Shown here in pieces: positions 24,532 to 32,150 of a stretch of 33,050 bases of DNA. The notes beneath the pieces are model-generated. The model had not been told where the DNA came from and did no database searches. It saw only the letters and a list, made by a program, of their open reading frames with translations. The first letter of the stretch is position 1, and the number at the start of each line of letters is the position of its first letter. Origin of the DNA: Candidatus Eiseniibacteriota bacterium (lineage in GTDB: Bacteria > Eisenbacteria > RBG-16-71-46 > CAVPCR01). A program made the position numbers and the translations under genes. Location: NCBI GenBank assembly GCA_044867365.1, contig JBIOUT010000046.1, positions 1 to 33,050 of the forward strand, given 5' to 3'.

Positions 24532-25260
24532 TTGGAGCTCGCGGGCAAGGTCGCGCTCGTCACCGGCGCCGCGCGACGGGTTGGGAGGTCCATCGCTCTC
24601 GAGCTCGCGCGCCGCGGAGCATCGATCGCCCTCCATCATCACCGGTCGATCGCCGAGGCCGGAGAAACGGCCGCGGAGATCCGCGCTCTCGGCGCCGATG
24701 TCGCCACCTTTGCCGCCGACCTCTCCTTGCCGGCGGAGAGCGAGATCCTGGCTCAGGATGTCCTGCGACGCTTCGGCACGGTCGAGATCCTGGTCAACTC
24801 GGCGGCGATTTTTTACCGGAACCGGCTCGGATCGGTGACCGTCGAGGACTGGGATCGCCTCTATGCGCTCAATCTGCGCGCTCCCTATCTCCTCACTCAA
24901 GCGCTTGCCCCGACCCTTCGCGAGCGCCGGGGTCGGGTGGTGATGATCGCCGATGTCGCGGGGATCGAGCCCTGGGCCAATTACGTTCCCTATGGGGCGA
25001 CGAAAGCCGGGATCGTTTATCTGACCCGCGGGCTCGCCAAGGAGCTGGCTCCGCAGGTGCTGGTCAATGCGGTGGCGCCGGGGACGGTGCTGCCGCCGGA
25101 GGATGCGACCCCAGAGGAGATCGAGCGGGAGAAGAAACGGGCGGCGCTCGGACGGATCGGTACTCCCGAGGACGTGGCGCGCGGGGTCGCCTTTCTCTGC
25201 GAGTCGGATTATATCACCGGGCAGGTGCTGGCGGTCGACGGCGGCAAGCTGCTCGGCTGA
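24532..25260 (+). CDS. SDR family oxidoreductase (pteridine reductase/FolM-like by N-terminal motif)
   Basis: LAGKVALVTGAARRVGRSIALELARRGASIALHH, NSAA, catalytic YGATK, PGTV. TTG start as in the track. Confidence 0.82.
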   Translation: MELAGKVALVTGAARRVGRSIALELARRGASIALHHHRSIAEAGETAAEIRALGADVATFAADLSLPAESEILAQDVLRRFGTVEILVNSAAIFYRNRLGSVTVEDWDRLYALNLRAPYLLTQALAPTLRERRGRVVMIADVAGIEPWANYVPYGATKAGIVYLTRGLAKELAPQVLVNAVAPGTVLPPEDATPEEIEREKKRAALGRIGTPEDVARGVAFLCESDYITGQVLAVDGGKLLG

Positions 25261-25294
25261 CCAGGGTTCTTTCTCACCCACGAGGAGCGAGAGA

Positions 25295-25990
25295 ATGCGC
25301 ATGCCCCATCACGAACGTCATCGTACCGGCCGCATAGGTTGGTTGCGCGCCGCGGTTCTGGGTGCGAACGACGGCATCGTATCGACGGCGAGTCTCGTCG
25401 TCGGCGTCGCCGCATCGCATGCGGCGAGCCACGATGTCCTGGTCGCAGGTGTCGCCGGTCTGGTTGCCGGAGCCATGTCGATGGCTGCGGGTGAGTACGT
25501 CTCGGTCAGCTCTCAGGCGGACACCGAGCGCGCCGATATCGAGCGCGAGCGCAAGGAGCTCGCGACCGATGAAGAGCTCGAGCGTGCGGAGCTGGCGTCG
25601 ATCTATATCCGTCGCGGCCTCGATCGTGCGCTCGCCAAGAAGGTCGCTGAACAGCTCATGGCTCATGACGCGCTGGCCGCTCATGTCCGCGATGAGCTCG
25701 GAATCTCGGAGATGGTCGCTGCGCGGCCGGCCCAGGCGGCGCTGGCCTCGGCGGGAACGTTCACCGTCGGCGGCGCCTTGCCGCTCCTCACCCTGTTCAT
25801 CGCCCCCGGGGCAAGTCTGATCCCGGTCGTCGCCGGAACTTCGCTCGTCTTCTTCGCCCTCCTGGGCGGTCTCGCGGCGATCGCCGGCGGGGCAAACGTT
25901 ACGGTAGGGGCGGCGCGAGTCACCCTCTGGGGTGCGCTCGCCATGGCGGTGACCGGCGGGGTCGGCGCCTTGTTCGGAACGGTCGTGTAA
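25295..25990 (+). CDS. VIT1/CCC1-family iron/manganese transporter
   Basis: WLRAAVLGANDGIVSTASLVVGVA, MAAGEYVSVSSQ, then an acidic helix (ERADIERERKELATDEELERAEL), then C-terminal TM helices. ATG 25295 is preceded by GAGGAG. The tracked ORF 25067.. is over-extended into the SDR gene. Stop TAA 25988-25990. Confidence 0.85.
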   Translation: MRMPHHERHRTGRIGWLRAAVLGANDGIVSTASLVVGVAASHAASHDVLVAGVAGLVAGAMSMAAGEYVSVSSQADTERADIERERKELATDEELERAELASIYIRRGLDRALAKKVAEQLMAHDALAAHVRDELGISEMVAARPAQAALASAGTFTVGGALPLLTLFIAPGASLIPVVAGTSLVFFALLGGLAAIAGGANVTVGAARVTLWGALAMAVTGGVGALFGTVV

Positions 25991-26059
25991 CGGGCGATCT
26001 ACCGCTAACGGGCGATCTACCGCTAACGGGCGTTCTACCGCTAACGGGCGATCTACCGC
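25988..26059. repeat. Tandem repeat: 18-bp unit taacgggcgatctaccgc x4 (third copy has a->t at 26033)
   Basis: Units at 25988, 26006, 26024 and 26042. The first unit begins with the TAA stop of the VIT gene. The fourth unit contains the TAG stop (26053-26055, minus strand) of the convergent secreted-protein gene. Confidence 0.95.
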
Positions 26060-26649
26060 GCCATGCCGCCGCGGAACAGGGCCTTGATCCGCCCCCAGCT
26101 TGCAGGTGCGGCCGGCTGAGGGGAAAAGGCGAAGACGCCGACGAAGAGTCGGATGTTGTTCCCCTCGACACCGCTCACCACGTTGCGCTCGGGGTCGACC
26201 TTGAGATTGGCAAGCGCCGTCCACTGGCGGTGGTCGGCATCGTAACGGGCGAGAACGACGTCCTCTTCCTGGATGCCGAAGCGCTGCACTTCCTCTTCGT
26301 CATAACGGAGTTCGACCGTGACCGGGCGCACCAGTGCGCCGCCGCCGCAGCAACCGCCGTCATTGAAGCTCACCAGATAGGCGCGGCCGCCGAGACATCC
26401 CGGGCCGTCGCAAAGCGGAATGTCGATGCCGATCGTGGCCAGGGTTCCCGGCGGATGATTGCCAAAGGCGCCCGGGGGAATGCGAATCAGGCTCAGAGGA
26501 TCTCCAATGACTCCGACCTCGATGGGATCGGGGGAACCGAGGTCGATGGTCCGATACTGCGCGCGAGCTTCAGAGGGGTAGGTAAGCGCCCCGAGGACGG
26601 CGAGAAGCGGGATGAGGTAAAGCAAGCCCAGGATGTTCTTGATGCGCAT
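26053..26649 (-). CDS. Secreted hypothetical protein with Cys-rich Gly-rich segment (198 aa)
   Basis: Signal peptide MRIKNILGLLYLIPLLAVLGALTYPSEARA. Cys cluster PLCDGPGCLGG...NDGGCCGGG. C-terminal beta-rich part (VTVELRYDEEEV...VVLARYDADHRQWTAL...VSGVEGNNIRLFVGVFAF). No family recognised. Confidence 0.6.
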   Translation of the reverse strand: MRIKNILGLLYLIPLLAVLGALTYPSEARAQYRTIDLGSPDPIEVGVIGDPLSLIRIPPGAFGNHPPGTLATIGIDIPLCDGPGCLGGRAYLVSFNDGGCCGGGALVRPVTVELRYDEEEVQRFGIQEEDVVLARYDADHRQWTALANLKVDPERNVVSGVEGNNIRLFVGVFAFSPQPAAPASWGRIKALFRGGMAR

Positions 26650-26682
26650 GGTGACGGCGGGTGGGGGGCGATCGATAGGAGA

Positions 26683-26711
26683 ATTCTAGCAAGCGGATGG
26701 AGGGCCGTCAA
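26683..26711 (-). promoter_or_regulatory. Near-consensus sigma-70-type promoter: TTGACG (26711-26706) - 17 nt - TAGAAT (26688-26683), upstream of the secreted Cys-rich protein gene
   Basis: Minus-strand read: cgTTGACGgccctccatccgcttgcTAGAATtctcctatcgatcgccccccacccgccgtcacATG. Both hexamers are 5/6 to consensus with optimal 17-nt spacing, which is rare in GC-rich DNA. Predicted leader ~27 nt, C-rich and without an SD. Confidence 0.45.
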
Positions 26712-26721
26712 CGGGAGGCGG

Positions 26722-27888
26722 TCAACGCGTTGTCGCGGCGACGAGCCCGGCTCCCTCGATCGCCTGTCCTACCGCCTCGGGAGAGCGTCCGAGGACTCGA
26801 CCGAGCGCCGCGAGGAGCAGGATGACATGGTTCATTCGGCTCGTCTCGCCCATGAGCCCGATCCGCCACACCTTCCCTCGCAGCTCGCCGAGCCCTCCTC
26901 CGATCTCGATATTGAACTCGTCGAGCAACCGCCGACGGACTTGCGCCTCATCGACCCCCGGCGGCACCCGCACCGCGGTGAGCATCGGCAGGCGATGTCC
27001 CGGAGGCGCGACGATATCGAGCCCGAGGGCCTCGAGCCCGGCGACGAGCGCCGCTCCGTTCTGCCCGTGACGCGCCCAGCGATCGGCCTCGCCTTCTTCG
27101 GTCGCCAAGCGCAGCGCTTCGCGAAAAGCGCAAATCATGCTGACAGGAGCTGTGTGGTGATAGGCATGGTCGCCGCTCCAGTAACGGGAGATGAGCGGCA
27201 GATCGAGATAGAAGCTTCCTCGTCCCTTCCGCGCCTCCATGCGGGCCGCCGCCTGCGGGCTCACGGTCAACGGCGCGAGACCCGGTGGACAACCGAGGCA
27301 CTTCTGCGAACACGACGCGGCGGCTGAAAGCCCGAGCTCATCGGCGGCGACCGGGATCCCGCCGAGCGAGGTGACGCAATCGACAAAGAGCAAGGCCTCC
27401 ACCTCGCGAGCGATCTCCGCCACCTCCTCGAGCGGTTGCAGAACGCCGGTCGAGGTTTCGGCATGAACGACGGCGATGACCTGAGGCTTCACTCTGCGGC
27501 AGGTGCGGCGCAGATCCTGGGGATCGAGAGGACGGCCCCAGGGGGAATCGACGCGCGTCACTTCGCCGCCCAGGCGAGTCGCCATCTCGGCCATGCGGCC
27601 GCCGAAGAATCCATGCACATCCACCACTACTCGATCGCCCGGCTCGATGAGCCCGCCGAGACAGGCTTCGATTCCTGCGGTGCCGGTGCCCGAGACGGCG
27701 AGGGTGAGCCGATTGCCGGTGCCGAAGAAGGGCCGAAGCAGGTCCTGCACATCTCCCAGGATCCCGAGAAACACCGGGTCCATGTGTCCGAGAAGCGGTG
27801 CGCCGAGAGCATCCCGAACCCGGGGGTGGATGTTCGCCGGACCGGGGCCCATGAGAAGGCGGGAGGGAAAGCCTGGCGTATCCATCAC
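26722..27888 (-). CDS. Class V pyridoxal-phosphate aminotransferase (alanine-glyoxylate / serine-pyruvate aminotransferase family)
   Basis: LLMGPGPANIHPRVRDALGAPLLGHMDPVF, VVHAETSTGV, and CSQKCLGCPPGLAPL (Lys in the SQK motif as the PLP Lys). First codon GTG 27888, second codon ATG 27885; either may be the start. Confidence 0.85.
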   Translation of the reverse strand: MMDTPGFPSRLLMGPGPANIHPRVRDALGAPLLGHMDPVFLGILGDVQDLLRPFFGTGNRLTLAVSGTGTAGIEACLGGLIEPGDRVVVDVHGFFGGRMAEMATRLGGEVTRVDSPWGRPLDPQDLRRTCRRVKPQVIAVVHAETSTGVLQPLEEVAEIAREVEALLFVDCVTSLGGIPVAADELGLSAAASCSQKCLGCPPGLAPLTVSPQAAARMEARKGRGSFYLDLPLISRYWSGDHAYHHTAPVSMICAFREALRLATEEGEADRWARHGQNGAALVAGLEALGLDIVAPPGHRLPMLTAVRVPPGVDEAQVRRRLLDEFNIEIGGGLGELRGKVWRIGLMGETSRMNHVILLLAALGRVLGRSPEAVGQAIEGAGLVAATTR

Positions 27889-27963
27889 CTTTGCCTTCGC
27901 TCTGCGGCGTGGGCCGTCGCAGAATCGAGGTTGGAGGGCGAAAGCGGCAGGGAGTTTACCTGA

Positions 27964-28374
27964 TCAATCCCTGGTCAGGGAGCGGACGACTCCGGTCTCA
28001 TCGACGATCAGGGAGTCGATGCCGATGTCGGAGTCGAGATTCGCCCATCCCCGGCAAACGAACGAGGAGCGCTCGGGCACGTGGAGTGAGAAGCGGTAGA
28101 CCGGATCAACCGGCTGCGGGAGCCCGATCGAATAGAGCGCCGCGAAGTTGGAGGTGAATTGCCCGTGGACAGCGCAATGGAGAATTTCGGAGCGGTAGAT
28201 CCTGTCCATCGAACCGCGGCCGCGCGCTCGCCAGGCGTTCTTCTTCGCCTGATTGGCCAGGGCATGGCCGACAAGGCTCAGCATGCCGGCAAGCGCCAGA
28301 ATGGTGGCGATCTCCAGGAAGGTTATGCCTGGGCTGCCTGGTCGGGGTCGACGCTCTCGTCTGGACTTTCGCAT
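27964..28374 (-). CDS. Type IV pilin-like / pseudopilin protein with prepilin-type N-terminal cleavage-methylation motif
   Basis: MRKSRRERRPRPGSPG|ITFLEIATILALAGMLSLV: Gly at -1, Glu at +5, then a hydrophobic helix. Two Cys (HCAV, FVCRG) could form a C-terminal disulfide. Strong third-position GC bias supports coding. Confidence 0.7.
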   Translation of the reverse strand: MRKSRRERRPRPGSPGITFLEIATILALAGMLSLVGHALANQAKKNAWRARGRGSMDRIYRSEILHCAVHGQFTSNFAALYSIGLPQPVDPVYRFSLHVPERSSFVCRGWANLDSDIGIDSLIVDETGVVRSLTRD

Positions 28375-29234
28375 GCGCTGCTCATGAATGCCGGAGGGCC
28401 GGTGGTGGTGGCGCCTTTGGGATCGTCAGCCTCCTCGGACTCGAGCATCTCTGAAGTCTGGAATACGGCAAGCTCGGCATCGACCCGGGCGGCGCTCGCG
28501 GCCAACAACTCGATTGCTCGGAAACGCTCGGTGGCGCTCCCGAACTTGGCGCGTTCGAGATCGGCAAACCGCTGGCTGAACTCCTGTGCCGCCGATTGCG
28601 CCCGGCCCAGGTGCTCGTCGAGCGAGGCGACCGTGGTGTTCCATCCCCGGCAAAGGGCGGCCAGGTTGTCGGTCTGGCGAACCACAATCCGCCGGCGGAG
28701 GTCGCCGGAGGCGGCGCGCTCGAATTCCGCCTCGATTCGCGGAATCGGTCCCAGCATCCGCATCGACATCTGGAGGAAGTGGAGGCCGAGGATCAGGATC
28801 AACCCGAGAGCGGCCGGCCAGATTCGGTCCTCGAAAAGGCCGATTTCTGCCGCGGAGACCAGCGCTTGATCGGGAGAGAGGTCGAGGCGCGAACGGTCCC
28901 AAATCGAGACCACCACCGTCGGGCCGAGAGCGATTGCCGAGAGGGCCACGGTGTACACCACCAGGTAGGTGACCATGAGAAAGGTGTTGAGGAACACCTC
29001 CCGGTGATTGTTTAGGATGTTGCGCCCGCGGCGCGGATTAGGGTTGGGTGTCAAATCGATCGGGCCTATGGTGTCGATGGAGCGGCTCGCGGAGGTGGAG
29101 CGGCTCAGCTGGTGCTCGAGGGGGAGTTGACGCAAGCTCCATGCCGCCCGGTCCACGCGCAAGAAAGCCCCAACGATGGTGCAAGTCCAGGTTTTGGGCG
29201 GAAGTTCAGGCGGAAGTGGGAAGGAAGTTGGCAA
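28323..29234 (-). CDS. Two-TM membrane protein with HAMP domain and coiled-coil/acidic C-terminus, no recognisable output domain
   Basis: TM1 FLMVTYLVVYTVALSAIALGPTVVV, ~27-aa loop, TM2 PAALGLILILGLHFLQMSM, then HAMP-like LGPIPRIEAEFERAASGDLRRRIVVRQTDNLAALCRGWNTTVASLDE. The start is uncertain: track TTG 29234, alternatives TTG 29162, GTG 29156, ATG 28976. The 3' end overlaps the pilin-like gene by 52 nt. Confidence 0.6.
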   Translation of the reverse strand: MPTSFPLPPELPPKTWTCTIVGAFLRVDRAAWSLRQLPLEHQLSRSTSASRSIDTIGPIDLTPNPNPRRGRNILNNHREVFLNTFLMVTYLVVYTVALSAIALGPTVVVSIWDRSRLDLSPDQALVSAAEIGLFEDRIWPAALGLILILGLHFLQMSMRMLGPIPRIEAEFERAASGDLRRRIVVRQTDNLAALCRGWNTTVASLDEHLGRAQSAAQEFSQRFADLERAKFGSATERFRAIELLAASAARVDAELAVFQTSEMLESEEADDPKGATTTGPPAFMSSACESPDESVDPDQAAQA

Positions 29235-29299
29235 TTGGAATCCGGGTGGGCCGTGCAGCCTGCATGGTGTCGGCGTGGGGGTTGCGCCTTGCCGGTTGT

Positions 29300-29367
29300 C
29301 TCGATATGAGGAGCGAGTCCTGCGTATGAGTAGGGAGTCCCCGATTTGAGGAGGGCCTCGATATGAG
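29300..29367 (+). promoter_or_regulatory. Triplicated translation-initiation region upstream of glcD: three stop/start-overlapping mini-ORFs (29306-29329 MRSESCV; 29326-29349 MSRESPI; 29346-29366 (M)RRASI) ending on the glcD ATG 29363
   Basis: Direct reading. ATGAGgAGcGAGTCC (29306), ATGAGtAGgGAGTCC (29326), TTGAGgAGgGcCTCg (29346) and ATGAGcGAGgcGGTCC (29363) are spaced 20, 20 and 17 nt apart. The junctions are ATGA, TTGA and ATGA. ctcgatatgag occurs exactly twice (29300-29310 and 29357-29367). Confidence 0.7.
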
Positions 29368-30826
29368 CGAGGCGGTCCCGGTGATTGCTCACGGGGCGCT
29401 CGACGAGCGACTTCTCGGCGAGATTCGGTCGGTGGTCGGCCCGGACGGGATCTTGAGCCAGCCCCAGGAGCTTCTGGTCTACGAGTGCGACGGCTACACC
29501 CTCGAGAAAGCGGTTCCGGCTGCCGTGGTCCTGCCGCTCTCGACCGCCGAAGTGGCCGCGGTGGTGAAGCTCCTCCACGCGCACCAGATCCCCTTCGTTC
29601 CGCGCGGCGCGGGGACGAGTCTGGCGGGGGGCACCGTCTCTCCGCCGGGCGCCGTTGTCATCGGGCTCTCGCGCATGAAGCGAATCCTCGAGGTCGATCC
29701 GGTGAACTGCTTCGCGGTCGTCGAAGCGGGAGTGGTCAACCTGGCGCTCAGTCGGGCGGTCGGTGAACATGGGCTTCACTTCGCTCCCGATCCCTCGAGC
29801 CAGCCCGCGTGCACGATCGGCGGCAACATCGCCACCAACTCGGGCGGGCCGCATACGCTCAAGTACGGCGTCACCACCAATCATGTCCTGGGGGTGAAGC
29901 TCGTCCTTCCCGATGGAACCGTGGCGGAGCTCGGCGGGCCGGTGGCGGACGAGCCCGGCTACGACCTGGTGGGTCTGGTGGTCGGGCACGAGGGCACGTT
30001 CGGTATCGTCACCGAGGCCACGCTCCGGCTGGTGCCGTTGCCGCAGGCGGTGCGTACATTTCTGGCCGTCTTCGAGTCGGTGGCGGATGCGAGCGGTGCG
30101 GTGTCGGGCATCGTCAGCGCCGGCATCGTGCCGGCGGCCCTCGAGATGATGGACCAAATCATCATGCGCACGGTCGAGGACGCCTTCCATCTCGGCTTGC
30201 CGCTCGATGCCGGCGCAGCGCTCTTGATCGAGATCGACGGCATCGAAGCCGGATTCGAAGAGCTCACCCGGCGCATCGAGGCGGTGTGCCGGGGAGCCGG
30301 CATGCGCAACATCCGCGTGGCTCGCGATGCCGCCGAGCGCCAGGCGCTGTGGACGGCGCGCAAGCGAGCTTTCGGCGCCATCGGTCGCCTGGCGCCGAAC
30401 TACTGCACTCAAGATGGCGTGGTACCGCGCTCCCGCTTGCCGGAGGTCCTCGAGCGCATCCAGGCGATCGGGAGGCGGCACGGACTCACCATTCCCAATG
30501 TCTTCCATGCCGGGGATGGAAACTTGCACCCCATCCTGCTCTACGACGAGCGCGAACCCGATCAGATTCGCCGGGTCTTGGCGGCGAGTCGCGAGATTCT
30601 CGAGGCCTGCATCGAGCTTGGAGGCTCGGTGACCGGCGAGCATGGGATCGGGGTTGAGAAGATCTCGATGCTCGAGCGTCTCTTCACCGCCGATGATCTC
30701 GCCACCATGCGACGCGTGCGCGATGTCTTCAATCCCGACGGGCTCGCCAACCCGAACAAGATCTTCGCCACCGGAAGCGGCGGTTGTCTCGAGCCGCTTC
30801 GCCCGGGGCGGCAGGCGCCGCTCTGA
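29363..30826 (+). CDS. glcD: Glycolate oxidase subunit GlcD (FAD-linked oxidase)
   Basis: FAD PCMH domain (VVLPLSTAEVAAVVKLLHAHQIPFVPRGAGTSLAGG), CTIGGNIATNSGGPHTLKYG, and C-terminal FHAGDGNLHP...GSVTGEHGIGVEK. SD GAGGAGG lies 8 nt upstream. Followed by glcE and glcF. Confidence 0.9.
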   Translation: MSEAVPVIAHGALDERLLGEIRSVVGPDGILSQPQELLVYECDGYTLEKAVPAAVVLPLSTAEVAAVVKLLHAHQIPFVPRGAGTSLAGGTVSPPGAVVIGLSRMKRILEVDPVNCFAVVEAGVVNLALSRAVGEHGLHFAPDPSSQPACTIGGNIATNSGGPHTLKYGVTTNHVLGVKLVLPDGTVAELGGPVADEPGYDLVGLVVGHEGTFGIVTEATLRLVPLPQAVRTFLAVFESVADASGAVSGIVSAGIVPAALEMMDQIIMRTVEDAFHLGLPLDAGAALLIEIDGIEAGFEELTRRIEAVCRGAGMRNIRVARDAAERQALWTARKRAFGAIGRLAPNYCTQDGVVPRSRLPEVLERIQAIGRRHGLTIPNVFHAGDGNLHPILLYDEREPDQIRRVLAASREILEACIELGGSVTGEHGIGVEKISMLERLFTADDLATMRRVRDVFNPDGLANPNKIFATGSGGCLEPLRPGRQAPL

Positions 30827-30827
30827 C

Positions 30828-32150
30828 ATGGACGCACCGAAGGCCGTCGCCATACTGCGGGAGGAGGTCGGCGAGGCGATGGTGGCTTCGCCTGCCGTCG
30901 AGCTTCAGGTGGGCGGGCGAGCGCCCGAGATCGTGCTCGCTCCCGAATCGATCGACGAGATGGGAGCGGCGATCGCGGCAGCCGGGAAGGCGGGTCTCGC
31001 CGTCGCTCCACTGGGCGGCGCCACCGCGCTTGGCGCGCTCGGGCCGCCGTCGCGCCCCTTCGTCGCGCTCCTCAGTCGCCGACTCGCGGGCATCGTCGAG
31101 CATGCGGCTGATGACATGACCGTCACCGTGCGCGCCGGAACCACGGTGGCCGAGATGGCGGCGACTCTCGGGTCGGCGAGTCAGCGGCTGCCCATCGATG
31201 TGCCGCTCGCCGAGCGAGCAACGGTGGGTGGGATGATCGCCGCATCCGCGAGCGGGCCCCTCCGCTTCGGGCATGGCACCGTGCGCGACTATCTCCTCGG
31301 AATCACGGTCATCGACTCGACCGGCCGGCGGGTGCGAGCCGGGGGGCGGGTGGTTAAGAACGTGGCCGGCTACGACCTGATGAAGCTGCATGCCGGGGCG
31401 CGGGGAACCCTTGGAGTCGTGGTGGAGGCGACATTCAAGGTGAAACCGACGCCCGACCACTTCGCCTGGGTTACCGCGGAGACGACGCCCGAAGAAGCAG
31501 AAACGATTCGGCGCGGCCTGAGGGCGGCGAAGGTTCCGGCGGCGGGTCTCATGCTCGTGAGCAAGGGGGTCGCCGGCATGCCGCTGTCGGCTCCGGCATC
31601 GCCTGCGGAGGGAAGCGAGGAGCGGTTCATCCTGGCGGTGGGAATCGAGGGCATCGAGCCCGAGCTCCATTGGCAGGAGACGCAAGTTCGAGCGGTTATG
31701 GGCGCGGTCGGGGCAGCAGCCGTACATCTCATCGAAGGACCATCAGCCCGCAATTACCTGCGCCAGTTCGTTGATTTTGGCGCCGCCGGCGGCGAGGAGC
31801 TCCTCGTCCGCGGGACGGTGCTTCCCAGCCGATTGCCGGAGCTAGTCCACGCTTGGGGTCAAGCGGCTCCCGAGGCGCGGTTCGCGGCGGAGGTGGGGAT
31901 GGGGGTCCTTCGCATGCGCGGGACCTCCCCCGCGGCGACGGTCGCCAACCTCCGCGCCGCCGCGGTCAAGGCCGGCGGGCACGCGATTGTCGAGGCCATC
32001 CCACAGGCATTGCGCGGTCCCATCGATCCCTGGGGCGAGCCACCTTCTCCTCTCGCCGTGCGGCTCAAGGCGGCGCTCGATCCGGACGGCATCTTCCTCC
32101 CCGGCTCCTTTTTTGCGCTCGGCGCCGGAGAACAGGTCGGAGCAGCATGA
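30828..32150 (+). CDS. glcE: Glycolate oxidase FAD-binding subunit GlcE
   Basis: ATG 30828 lies 1 nt after the glcD stop. FAD-binding PCMH-like LAVAPLGGATALG...DMTVTVRAGTTVAEM...GGMIAASASGPLRFGHGTVRDYLLGITVIDSTGRRVRAGGRVVKNVAGYDLMKL. The tracked ORF 30642.. is over-extended into glcD. Confidence 0.85.
   Translation: MDAPKAVAILREEVGEAMVASPAVELQVGGRAPEIVLAPESIDEMGAAIAAAGKAGLAVAPLGGATALGALGPPSRPFVALLSRRLAGIVEHAADDMTVTVRAGTTVAEMAATLGSASQRLPIDVPLAERATVGGMIAASASGPLRFGHGTVRDYLLGITVIDSTGRRVRAGGRVVKNVAGYDLMKLHAGARGTLGVVVEATFKVKPTPDHFAWVTAETTPEEAETIRRGLRAAKVPAAGLMLVSKGVAGMPLSAPASPAEGSEERFILAVGIEGIEPELHWQETQVRAVMGAVGAAAVHLIEGPSARNYLRQFVDFGAAGGEELLVRGTVLPSRLPELVHAWGQAAPEARFAAEVGMGVLRMRGTSPAATVANLRAAAVKAGGHAIVEAIPQALRGPIDPWGEPPSPLAVRLKAALDPDGIFLPGSFFALGAGEQVGAA

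Noticed and set aside
25988-26059. Tandem repeat considered as a CRISPR array
   Set aside because: The units are contiguous with no spacers. The unit is only 18 bp, and there are no cas genes in the window.
25274-26224. 316-aa minus ORF (and 25920..26171) with striking RPLAVD / GRSPVS peptide repeats
   Set aside because: The peptide repeats are just the 18-bp DNA tandem repeat read in the two open minus frames. The rest of the ORF is antisense to the VIT transporter gene.
27902-27922. 7-bp-stem hairpin (ctgcggc-gtgggcc-gtcgcag) between the pilin-like stop and the aminotransferase start, considered as a terminator
   Set aside because: No U-tract follows on the transcribed (minus) strand, and the stem includes a G-U pair. 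It overlaps the likely SD region of the aminotransferase.
29105-30853. 582-aa minus-strand ORF
   Set aside because: Antisense shadow of glcD. Arg/Asp/Gly-rich, with no motifs.
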